Shown: piece after piece, positions 9,259 to 17,905 of the stretch | How positions within the stretch are numbered: position 1 is the stretch's first letter | Layout of the letters: each line of letters opens with the position of its first letter | Notes under the pieces: model-generated | The model's input: the letters and a program-made list of their open reading frames with translations, nothing else | Database searches by the model: none | Told to the model about the DNA's origin: nothing | Translations under genes and position numbers: made by a program | Assembly: GCA_030603215.1 (NCBI GenBank) | Contig: JAUVYF010000003.1 | Span: 1-49,167, forward strand | Source of the DNA: Candidatus Bipolaricaulota bacterium | GTDB lineage: Bacteria; Bipolaricaulota; Bipolaricaulia; UBA7950; UBA9294 | Length of the DNA: 49,167 nucleotides | Direction: 5' to 3'

Positions 9259-9501
9259 ATGGAACAAGTTGAACCGATCCGTCACTGGTGCAAGGTGCCC
9301 GCGATAAACAAGATAGTAAAAGGCCACGAGCACCCCAGGGACCGCCTTCTGTTCGTTATGGGGATGAATTACACCGACAAGAAATCCGGGTCTACAACTC
9401 TTAGTAGAAACGCACGTAGGAATCCCGATTTGCATGACATAGTTGTAGCTGGTGATAGAAATCATTGTTGTCGGCTTGATTTTACTCACTATGTTGAGTA
9501 A
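9259..9501 (+). pseudogene. N-terminal remnant of a tyrosine recombinase/integrase
   Basis: MEQVEPIR...HPRDRLLFVMGMN resembles the VEPIR...RD.LLF..G.N start of small integrases; similarity stops before the catalytic GLR motif (~9370). Confidence 0.55.
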
Positions 9502-9523
9502 ATTTACTCACTATGTTGAGTAA
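9481..9523. promoter_or_regulatory. Tandem pair of palindromic sites TTACTCA-N6-TGAGTAA
   Basis: Exact 21-bp direct repeat TTTACTCACTATGTTGAGTAA at 9481-9501 and 9503-9523, each copy an inverted repeat; function inferred. Confidence 0.6.
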
Positions 9524-10730
9524 TATTGTACTGCCAACCTTTATGCGTCCAAGAGCCAGGTTTCTCGCACAGCGGCTTACGGAGCCACGTCGTTTCATCC
9601 AAGTCGTGACTGGGCCACGTCAAGTCGGCAAAACGACACTTGTACGGCAAGTGTTGTCCACTTCCAATATGGCTTTCCAGTACGCAAGCGCCGATGAGCC
9701 CACCTTGCGCGGACGACAATGGATCGAGGAGCAATGGGATGTGGCACGTTTAATGCAGCGGCGGGAAGGCATGAAAGGAGTTGTTGTCGCTCTTGACGAG
9801 GTTCAAAAGATCAGCGGCTGGTCGGAGACGGTGAAACGTTTATGGGACGAAGACTCAGCTGCGGGTTGCCAACTCAAAGTAATCCTGCTTGGCTCAGCTC
9901 CGTTACTCATTCAACGAGGTCTGACAGAGAGTCTTGCCGGACGGTTCGAGATCCTCCATCTCCCTCACTGGACCTTCTCAGAGATGCGTTCCTGTTTTGA
10001 CTGGGATCTCGACACGTACCTGTTCCATGGTGGCTACCCCGGCGCCGCTCCGCTGATTGGTGATCCTGAGCGCTGGTCTCGCTACATTCTCGATGCCCTT
10101 ATTGAGACTACGATTGCCCGGGATGTGCTGCTTCTTACACGAGTAGACAAGCCCGCACTGCTCCGAAGGTTATTCGAACTGGCGTGCAGCTACTCCGGAC
10201 AAATACTATCGTACACCAAGATGCTTGGGCAACTACAAGATGCGGGCAACACCACCACGCTTTCTCACTACCTTCAACTCCTTGCTAGCGCGGGAATGGT
10301 CACCGGGCTAGCCAAGTTCTCTGGGAGCATGGTACGCCGACGCGGATCGAGCCCGAAATTACAGGTACTTAACACGGCGCTAATGACGGCCCCATTAGGT
10401 CTCTCAATGAACGAAGCGCTAAATGATGGCGCTTTTTGGGGGCGATTGGTGGAGTCCGCAGTTGGAGCTCATCTAACAAACGCGCAGAGCGCCGGTGTTT
10501 GTAAGGTGTTCTACTGGCGAGAGTGCAACCGAGAGGTTGATTTCGTCGTGCAAGCAGGTCGGTCACTTACTGCAATCGAAGTCAAGAGCGGGCGAGCTAG
10601 GGGAACACCAGCGGGAATGGACGCATTCAGCGCGATGTTCAAACCAACGCGGAAACTCCTTATCGGTAGAAATGGAATATCGATCCACGAGTTCCTTGAG
10701 AAACCTGTAGAACAATGGGTCAAGCCCTAG
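9513..10730 (+). CDS. AAA_14 ATPase with C-terminal DUF4143 / nuclease-like domain
   Basis: Walker A GPRQVGKTT, Walker B LDEVQ, ESLAGR, GGYP and C-terminal EVDFV...IEVK; the start may be the ATG at 9543. Confidence 0.9.
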   Translation: MLSNIVLPTFMRPRARFLAQRLTEPRRFIQVVTGPRQVGKTTLVRQVLSTSNMAFQYASADEPTLRGRQWIEEQWDVARLMQRREGMKGVVVALDEVQKISGWSETVKRLWDEDSAAGCQLKVILLGSAPLLIQRGLTESLAGRFEILHLPHWTFSEMRSCFDWDLDTYLFHGGYPGAAPLIGDPERWSRYILDALIETTIARDVLLLTRVDKPALLRRLFELACSYSGQILSYTKMLGQLQDAGNTTTLSHYLQLLASAGMVTGLAKFSGSMVRRRGSSPKLQVLNTALMTAPLGLSMNEALNDGAFWGRLVESAVGAHLTNAQSAGVCKVFYWRECNREVDFVVQAGRSLTAIEVKSGRARGTPAGMDAFSAMFKPTRKLLIGRNGISIHEFLEKPVEQWVKP

Positions 10731-10802
10731 AAAGCAGGTACTCGCATCACAGAGCCTCTAGAATAACAAATGCTCTAGAATAGCGTATGCTTAAGTTAGC
10801 GC

Positions 10803-12209
10803 TTATGGGTGTTGATCAACAAGTTTTGCCACCTCTGCTTTGAACCGGTTTCCTCGGTCTCTATAATCTCCAAACCCGACAAAGCTCGCCCCCGCAGGAC
10901 TTAGGAGCACAATGTCTCCCCTTTGTGCCGAGTTATACGCTTCCTGTACTGCCTCACTCATATTCATGACGAAAACATGTTTGGGTAGATCGCTTTTCCC
11001 GCTGGCTCCTAACACGATCTCATCCCAAAGCCTTTCACCAGTTGTCGGGAAGAGCACCACTTCTTTAACATCACTCATCAAGATCATTCGTGCAAGCTGG
11101 GTAAAGTCCTGTCCCCTGTCAAAACCGCCAACAAGAAGGATAAGCCTTCTTTTAGGGAAAGCCTTCATAGCAGCAATTGTTGCCTCTGGAATAGTAGCTA
11201 AGCTATCGTTGTAAAAGGAAACCTCATTACAAGTCCTGACAAGTTCGAGGCGGTGTTCAAGGGGCCTGAAGTTCTGGATAGCAGCAGCAATAGTCTCATT
11301 TGGTATCCCAAAGATCTTTCCAATCACGATCGCGGGCATGGCATTTCGCAAATTAAAGGCTCCCTTAAGGGGGACAGCCTCTGCCGAGATTATCTTCTCT
11401 TGGCGTCCGTCCGCACGGAAAACCAGAAAATCATTCTCGAGGAAGCATCCCACATCTCCTATTGGGCCCACACCAAAAGGAATCTTCCTAGCTTTGCTCT
11501 TGTTCACCATCCTTCTAGTGATTGGACATGACGCGTTGAAGATTACATTGTCATTCTCTGTTTGGTACTGAACAATGGTCTGCTTGGCTTCCACATACGC
11601 TTCCAATCCTTGATAGTAGTCAAGATGTTCCCGAAAAACATTTAGAAGTATGGCAATGTGTGGGCTCTCGTGAAGGTCCATCAATTGATGACTAGATAGC
11701 TCGGCAACGAAAACAGTAGTTGAGATCGCACCATCCAGAGAGGAAAGAGGGGGTATCCCGATGTTCCCGGCCAAGCGTGCATCGATTCCCCCTGTCTTGA
11801 GCACTTCATAAATCAAAGAGACTGTTGTGCTTTTCCCTTTTGTTCCTGTCACCCCGACAATAGTTCCTGGACAGCGCTCAAAGAAAAGCGCTGTATTCGA
11901 GCTGATTTTTCCGAGCTCCCTTGCAGCAGAGAGTTCTCGAATGAACGGGGAAATCCCTGGAGATTTGAAGACAATATCATATTGACTAACACTTTTGAGA
12001 TACTCATGACCGAGAAAGAGAGCGACCCTTCCGTCAGATTCAATGACTTGTCTCGTCTGTTCTTCCAGCTGTGCCCAGGAGAGTTTGTCGGCCAACCCCA
12101 CGACTTTGAGGGGGAAGCGCTTCCTCAAGAAGGTAAAGGTGCTCATTCCCTCTCTTCCAAGCCCCAATATGAGGACGCTCCTTTTCTCCAATTCATCTAT
12201 GATTGCCAT
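10803..12209 (-). CDS. murD: UDP-MurNAc-L-Ala:glutamate ligase (MurD, probably MurD2 type)
   Basis: GLGREG, KSPGI, GVTGTKGKSTT, ELSSHQL, HRLE, NDSLAT, LLSPA; overlaps the end of murL. Confidence 0.92.
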   Translation of the reverse strand: MAIIDELEKRSVLILGLGREGMSTFTFLRKRFPLKVVGLADKLSWAQLEEQTRQVIESDGRVALFLGHEYLKSVSQYDIVFKSPGISPFIRELSAARELGKISSNTALFFERCPGTIVGVTGTKGKSTTVSLIYEVLKTGGIDARLAGNIGIPPLSSLDGAISTTVFVAELSSHQLMDLHESPHIAILLNVFREHLDYYQGLEAYVEAKQTIVQYQTENDNVIFNASCPITRRMVNKSKARKIPFGVGPIGDVGCFLENDFLVFRADGRQEKIISAEAVPLKGAFNLRNAMPAIVIGKIFGIPNETIAAAIQNFRPLEHRLELVRTCNEVSFYNDSLATIPEATIAAMKAFPKRRLILLVGGFDRGQDFTQLARMILMSDVKEVVLFPTTGERLWDEIVLGASGKSDLPKHVFVMNMSEAVQEAYNSAQRGDIVLLSPAGASFVGFGDYRDRGNRFKAEVAKLVDQHP

Positions 12210-13594
12210 AGCTCAACTTCCCTTACAAGCAACTCTTCAAGATCTCTTGGTATAGCGTGCTTGGCATCCCAAGACCGTAGGATGGCAAGTGTTCGTTCTT
12301 CCAGGTCGTGCTCTCGAACAAGTATCTTCTCCTGAACAGACCGCAATACAGGTGGAAGCGATTCCCCTATCTGTTCGGCTTTCTTTAAACAGAGATGAAA
12401 AGCAACAGCTGTTTCCTCGATAGTGCCAACACATTCAAACGGTTTAGTTTCTCCCCGCCCCAGTAGCTCATGAGCGGTTTCCATAAATTCTTCCTTTTCG
12501 AATAGATTTTCTGAAAAGATAGTTGTTGTGAGAACCTTATCTTCCACGAACGGATATAGAATTGTGAACACGAATAAGCACTTTTCGCACTTATGACACC
12601 ATGAATTCCTCTTCTGTCCCCTATTACAACTTCGAAAAACAGGGAAGTACTGAGGAAAGCGCGAAAAGCCCCTTGCGATTTGGAGTTCATAAAGTGGTCT
12701 CAAAAGGCTAAAATAATTAATATCCCCTGCAATATACCTCTGTAAGTAATCTCGAAATCCTTTCTCAAACTCAAAGCTCTTCGAATATTGATGATTAATC
12801 TCTCTCTCTTGAAAGGTAACATTGCCTTCGTTGGAGCTCCTTTCATTTGAGACCACAACGTCCTTATGGCCAAAGAGAACTGCGCACGCCGTGCTTGAGA
12901 AAGCCAAATATGCAGAAAAAGGGGTGTGCCCATTAAGGTATCCCTCTTCATTTAGCCTCAAAAGCGTACTATCAATACTACGTGTAACTATGATCGACTG
13001 CTGGCTTTGACTTACTCTGATGATTTCTAGAGATGCACGTGTAGGATTCAAAGACCAGCAGGCTATTTTCTTGTTGGCTCTTTTCAGCAGCTCGCAAGTC
13101 ACTGCCGAGTCCTTTCCGCCACCGATTGGAACTAACACTCTACTGCTATCAAGGTGACCTTCGTACGGTCTCACCTGGGGAAAGATATCTGGGTCAATCT
13201 TGAAAGTCACAAAATCGGGTACCGTAAAATTGATGTCGTTACTATAAAAGAACTCACCTAGCCCCTTAAGTAATAGTTGCTTCCACCATGAGATCTGATA
13301 CTCATCCAGCGATCCGGCTCGTATCACAATCTCTGGTGAACAAGTTGCCTTCCAATAGCTAGGAATCTCCATTAGACCTAGATGAAAGGCTAGATTATTA
13401 AGAACCTCTGGTTGAAGGTGGGAGACCCTCTGCCGATCTATGTTTCTTACTACTACTTCCGGAGAAAACCGGATCTCTGGCTCGATCTCAAAGTCAAAGC
13501 CAAATCTTAGGGCTCCCTCTTCCAGCATAACTGTATATCCATGATAAAAGAACCTTCCATGCTCTTGCCTAAGACGATCAAGTAATTGGGTCAC
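12197..13594 (-). CDS. murL: UDP-MurNAc-L-Ala-L-Glu epimerase (MurL-like)
   Basis: PIGGGKDS PP-loop, NGHTPFS, SNERS, NHQYSKS, SCN, WCxxCxKC, KPFECVG; paired with murD; AAGGAG SD before the GTG at 13594. Confidence 0.82.
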   Translation of the reverse strand: MTQLLDRLRQEHGRFFYHGYTVMLEEGALRFGFDFEIEPEIRFSPEVVVRNIDRQRVSHLQPEVLNNLAFHLGLMEIPSYWKATCSPEIVIRAGSLDEYQISWWKQLLLKGLGEFFYSNDINFTVPDFVTFKIDPDIFPQVRPYEGHLDSSRVLVPIGGGKDSAVTCELLKRANKKIACWSLNPTRASLEIIRVSQSQQSIIVTRSIDSTLLRLNEEGYLNGHTPFSAYLAFSSTACAVLFGHKDVVVSNERSSNEGNVTFQEREINHQYSKSFEFEKGFRDYLQRYIAGDINYFSLLRPLYELQIARGFSRFPQYFPVFRSCNRGQKRNSWCHKCEKCLFVFTILYPFVEDKVLTTTIFSENLFEKEEFMETAHELLGRGETKPFECVGTIEETAVAFHLCLKKAEQIGESLPPVLRSVQEKILVREHDLEERTLAILRSWDAKHAIPRDLEELLVREVELWQS

Positions 13595-14119
13595 GCTCTG
13601 ATCTCCTTGTTTTGTCGGGGTCCATTTGCCGGACTCCACAAGCTAATCACAGAAGTCCTACTGCTGCTGACAGCTTTCATGAGGCGTCATCGTTCACTGT
13701 CAACAAGCCAAGTAATCCCAAGTCTTGAAGCAGCAACCTGATTCAACACATTCCCGAAAGCATAGTAATCTGGATAGGAACCAGAGGCAACCTCCTTTAG
13801 TCGGCCAAGAATTCCGGCCCCGTTTCCATACTGAGTGTCCTAATACTGATTGTATGGATAGCCTAGATTGCCTTTCCACGATCTACACCCCTTGGGACTA
13901 CGGGATCAACTCACTGCAAGATCTAACCGCATTACCCCAAAGGAGTTACCTCCGTCACCGTTCTAGGTCCCCAAATGGACTACCCTCCTTTAGGTGGAGT
14001 CCCGATTCCAACAAGTCCGCCTTGATTCTCCGGATCCACCTGGACTGGGCCGCGCTTATGGAAGGGTGTGGGCATTGTCTCCTGAAAGGAGTACTGCAAT
14101 TGGAGCTAAAAGGATAAGG

Positions 14120-14791
14120 ATGAGATCTTTCCTCATAGTCCTCGTTAGTATACTCGCGACAGCTATAGTTATTGGGATGGCCTCCGCCTTAATTTGGCCG
14201 AGACCAGAAAGCCCCAACGCCGAGAGGGATATTGGGGCACAACCTCAGGACACAATTCTCCGTGAAACTGATTTGAACCATATAGGTCCCCGGATGAACT
14301 TGCCCCAAGATACCCCTTACGCTTATGGTTTTTGGTCTTTTTCCATCTTAGATTCGGGCAATATCAGTCGCTCTGGCCAGCCCAGGCTGGCTGAATTTCA
14401 GTGGCTAAGGGACAAGGGGTGGCGAAGCGTCGTCAATCTGAGAGTGTCCGATGAATATGATGAAATCGGCGATGACGCTGAGATCCCTGGGTTTAACGAA
14501 TTGGGTTTTAACTACCTGCATCTTCCTATCCCTGATGGCGGAGCGCCAAGCCAAGAACAGGCCAAAGCCTTTCTGAAATTCGTCACGGATCCTGATAACC
14601 AGCCAGTTGAAGTCCATTGTCGCGGCGGTTATGGAAGAACTGGGACAATGATCGCCCTTTACCGCTATGAGGTTGAGCGTTGGCCCATGAGAGAAGCAAT
14701 TGCCGAGTCCCGCCTCTACCATGGAGGGATTGCTAGCTCGCAAGAGCGATGGCTTCTCATCTGGGTTGAGGCCGCTACTTCGGAGACGTGA
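14120..14791 (+). CDS. Membrane-anchored Cys-based (dual-specificity/PTP-like) phosphatase
   Basis: N-terminal hydrophobic helix, RSGQP, PIPDG acid loop and VHCRGGYGRTG P-loop. Confidence 0.85.
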   Translation: MRSFLIVLVSILATAIVIGMASALIWPRPESPNAERDIGAQPQDTILRETDLNHIGPRMNLPQDTPYAYGFWSFSILDSGNISRSGQPRLAEFQWLRDKGWRSVVNLRVSDEYDEIGDDAEIPGFNELGFNYLHLPIPDGGAPSQEQAKAFLKFVTDPDNQPVEVHCRGGYGRTGTMIALYRYEVERWPMREAIAESRLYHGGIASSQERWLLIWVEAATSET

Positions 14792-14795
14792 TCAG

Positions 14796-15365
14796 ATGAA
14801 CGAGAGTCAATCAAGCGCTTCGCCAAGTAAGCAAGAAATTGCTGTGGTAGGAGGAGGATGTTTTTGGTGTCTTGAAGCAGCGTTCGCTCAGCTAAAGGGC
14901 ATCGAGAAAGTTGAACCTGGCTTCTCGGGAGGAGCGATTCAAAACCCAACCTATGAGAAAGTTTGCACCGGCACGACAGGCCATGCTGAAACCGTTCAGA
15001 TAACGTACGACCCCACAGTAATCTCCTTCAAGGAACTGCTCGCTGTGTTTTTCGCTATCCACAATCCAACAACGTTGAACCGGCAAGGAACGGACTTGGG
15101 AACACAATACCGCTCGGCGATATTCTATCACACAGCAGAACAGAGAAGGATCGCGGAAGAGAAGATTGGAGAACTGGAGAAGAATGGAACCTGGGATGAT
15201 CCGATCGTAACGGAGATCAAGCCTCTCGAGGGATTCTATCGAGCGGAGAACTATCACCAGCAGTACTACAGGCAGAACAGCGCTAAACCGTATTGCCGGG
15301 TTGTCATTGCGCCCAAACTATTGAAGCTAAGGAAAGAGTTTGAGGCAAAGCTAAAAGAAGCGTAA
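14796..15365 (+). CDS. msrA: Peptide-methionine (S)-S-oxide reductase
   Basis: GGGCFWC, GHAE, QYRSAIF, AENYHQ. Confidence 0.95.
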   Translation: MNESQSSASPSKQEIAVVGGGCFWCLEAAFAQLKGIEKVEPGFSGGAIQNPTYEKVCTGTTGHAETVQITYDPTVISFKELLAVFFAIHNPTTLNRQGTDLGTQYRSAIFYHTAEQRRIAEEKIGELEKNGTWDDPIVTEIKPLEGFYRAENYHQQYYRQNSAKPYCRVVIAPKLLKLRKEFEAKLKEA

Positions 15366-15534
15366 GACACAGAGATGGAAAAACGGTCTGCGCAAAATCA
15401 GAAGAAATCAGAGTATTTCCTGGATCTCGCTGGGCTTTCTCAGGACTTTCATCCCCTGATAACTGGGGACGCGTGTCGTTGCAGCAATCCCGTTTCCATA
15501 GTAGCGTCGAAGATAAATAACAGAAGGGGGTATC

Positions 15535-15903
15535 ATGTTCAATAATCGGATAGTGATAATTCTTGGTGTAGTTGCACTTGTTTTGGGAATTGGCCTATGC
15601 GTGGTTGGACAGGAAGCGGAAGTACTGCGCGAGATGGCAGCAGGTGCGGGCGACTTGGCGCTCACTTACATCGACAGTACGGCAACCTACATCGGACGGG
15701 GGATCGTTTACATTCTCAACCTTATCACTAAGGATAGAGTAGCGCCCGACCTAGAGAAACCAATTGGCTACCTGGGCATTATTACCGGGATCTTGTTGGT
15801 ATTCGCCCTGCTTGACGCCGCGCGAAAGATAATCTGGATTGGGATAATCGTTGGTTGGGTGCTCCTGATTGTCCGCATTGTCCTTGATGCGCTGAAAGTA
15901 TAG
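15535..15903 (+). CDS. Hypothetical membrane protein
   Basis: Several hydrophobic segments; GGGGG SD. Confidence 0.7.
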   Translation: MFNNRIVIILGVVALVLGIGLCVVGQEAEVLREMAAGAGDLALTYIDSTATYIGRGIVYILNLITKDRVAPDLEKPIGYLGIITGILLVFALLDAARKIIWIGIIVGWVLLIVRIVLDALKV

Positions 15904-16091
15904 ATCCAGGCTGGAAAATAGCGGCAAACGAGCCGCCACGCAAAGTACGTGGTGGTTATAGGAGAACTCCTCTCGGATACTCCTGCGTGATAAAAGCCAG
16001 GGCATCATTACCGTGATCTCTGTGCCAACCAGGCAGAAAAACCCTGCAAAAGAAAACGCGAGCGGCCCTCTCTATCTTGTGTCAATGAGGG

Positions 16092-16964
16092 TCAATTAAT
16101 GATGGAGATAAGAAGGACGCCACCGAAGATAAGCCCTACTCCAAGAAAGGCGCGGGGCTTTGGTCGCTCATGAAGGAACAGTATGCTATACAAGAAGGCA
16201 AACAGCATCGTCGCCCCACGTACGGGGGATATTGCGCTGGCAGGGGCAAGTTTTAGCGCGTTGAGCCAGAGAACCCATCCAAGAAATGCTCCAGGCACTG
16301 CGGAGATGAGGACAAAGCGCATCCCATGCCAATCGACCCGACGAGGCACCAGTGGTCGCAGAAAGGGCATCACCAATGCTATCCCAATGACTCCAGTAGA
16401 GGAAAGAATCAATAGCAACATTATCGGCGGCAATCCTGCTGTGAGCGCTAGCTTGGAGGGCACCGTCTCTGCGACACCCCATAGGATCCCTGTGAGGAAG
16501 GCGAAGAAAGGGCCAGCCTGTGCTTTACGTACCGATCCTAATCCCCGGTCGATTAAGAAATAGGCTCCCAAAACAACAAGCGCAGCTGCAACAAAAGCGC
16601 TCCACCGCACTGGCTCAGCCAAGAAAACCACCGAGGCAATTACTCCCCAAAGCGGTGCTGTATTGGCAAGAGCCGTGGTTTGATGAGCTGACGTACGTTG
16701 CATCGCCATGAGATAACACACTCCGCCGCCGGCTGCATCGATCAACCCAACTACAGCGGCCCACGCCACGCCAACCCAGCTCGCCACGAAAAACTGGCGA
16801 GCTACGGCAGCATATATGGCAGCAAGAACAGCTACAATCACCCAGCGGATCAGGATGTAAGAGAGAAAATCCATGTGGCGAACACCGGGCTTGGCAGCGG
16901 TCATCCCAATCGCCCAGCTCGCTGCCGCTGAAACTGCAAGCACTATAGCAAGGTTGCTCATCAT
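16092..16964 (-). CDS. EamA/DMT family transporter
   Basis: About 10 TM helices in two repeats, with FLAE and FLHE repeat-end motifs. Confidence 0.88.
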   Translation of the reverse strand: MMSNLAIVLAVSAAASWAIGMTAAKPGVRHMDFLSYILIRWVIVAVLAAIYAAVARQFFVASWVGVAWAAVVGLIDAAGGGVCYLMAMQRTSAHQTTALANTAPLWGVIASVVFLAEPVRWSAFVAAALVVLGAYFLIDRGLGSVRKAQAGPFFAFLTGILWGVAETVPSKLALTAGLPPIMLLLILSSTGVIGIALVMPFLRPLVPRRVDWHGMRFVLISAVPGAFLGWVLWLNALKLAPASAISPVRGATMLFAFLYSILFLHERPKPRAFLGVGLIFGGVLLISIIN

Positions 16965-17295
16965 ATCCTCTCCCGAAATACATCACAAGAAGTAGGTACC
17001 GATACGCTAAGCGTCAATGCTGTACCAGCACAGCACGCCGCGTTGTAGAAGTGTGAGTATACGATGATCTACTTATCTCCACAATTCCCTGTGGCCGAAG
17101 AGCAACGCAATACATCTTAGGTTCATTCACAGACCTCATGCTCCGCAAGAGAGATAGGAAACAACACATTTTGCAGGCTGCCGAAATCTGAGCCCCGATA
17201 AAACTTGACATGGGGAGAACAAAGTGCTTTACTGACGGAATCCTGAGAACGGCGAGAAAGGAAACCCGTTCTCTTATATTACTAGGAGGTACAGC

Positions 17296-17499
17296 ATGAA
17301 AGGTTACTTTGCAATCCTCGCATCAATTCCCGGTTTCTTCCTGAGCTCGTTCTTTCTCATGCTCTTCTCGAGAGTGATCGCGCCACAGTTCAATCAGGAT
17401 CCGTTAAACTATTACATGGCAATGCTGATCAATATCGCCCTGTGGATTGCAGTTGCGCCGCTTGCTGCGGCGCGGCGCGGGAGGAAAGACAAGGACTAG
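17296..17499 (+). CDS. Small hypothetical membrane protein
   Basis: AGGAGG SD, two hydrophobic helices, basic tail; TTGACA-N17-TTTACT upstream at 17205-17233. Confidence 0.7.
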   Translation: MKGYFAILASIPGFFLSSFFLMLFSRVIAPQFNQDPLNYYMAMLINIALWIAVAPLAAARRGRKDKD

Positions 17500-17601
17500 C
17501 ATACAGGTTGGGCTAACAACACATAGCTATCGCCTAAGTATTCTTCTCCATCTTGTTTGTAAGCCAACTTATGCTCATCTTGCATGGGACAAGTCTTCCC
17601 C

Positions 17602-17630
17602 TTGACAACCTTGTAGGTTCATGTTAATCT
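17602..17630 (+). promoter_or_regulatory. Sigma70-type promoter for the leader and substrate-binding protein unit
   Basis: TTGACA-N17-TAATCT. Confidence 0.55.
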
Positions 17631-17640
17631 CAAGGCTATC

Positions 17641-17724
17641 ATGCTTGAAGCTAAAGGGTACCAAGAGAAGACCAAGAATGTAGTTACCGGTTCCCTTTGG
17701 TTTGCTTATTATATTTGGTTGTAG
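17641..17724 (+). CDS. Putative attenuator leader peptide MLEAKGYQEKTKNVVTGSLWFAYYIWL
   Basis: 27-aa ORF directly after the promoter, with W/F/Y codons clustered before the stop and a terminator downstream. Confidence 0.7.
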   Translation: MLEAKGYQEKTKNVVTGSLWFAYYIWL

Positions 17725-17782
17725 CCGCCTTGTAAGAGCTCACCCAATTAATCACAGGTAAAGCTCAAAACAAGGCGAACAA

Positions 17783-17816
17783 GAGACTACGGGTAATTCC
17801 GTGGTCTTATTTTTTT
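17783..17816 (+). terminator. Leader (attenuator) intrinsic terminator
   Basis: GAGACTACGG/CCGTGGTCTT stem followed by A-T7, upstream of the SBP start. Confidence 0.75.
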
Positions 17817-17905
17817 CAGGGCTTTCCACTAGGTCAAGAAAGGAGGTGAAAACTTTTTGGCGAGCAGGAACTAGAAGAACGATCAACTATCTAAAGGAGT
17901 CTACT

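Noticed and set aside
13640-14117. 130-aa ORF or riboswitch in the murL/phosphatase divergent gap
   Set aside because: TTG start with no recognisable composition; a few hairpins but no match to a family I can support
15920-16005. GGCAAAC...ACGCAAAG and GATAAAAGCCAGGG resembling c-di-GMP-I or ykkC riboswitch fragments
   Set aside because: Stems incomplete, and the site lies between convergent gene ends with no downstream gene to regulate
17838-17875. Strong SD AAAGGAGGTG followed by a 5-codon TTG ORF
   Set aside because: Too short to evaluate; the SBP has its own SD at ~17895
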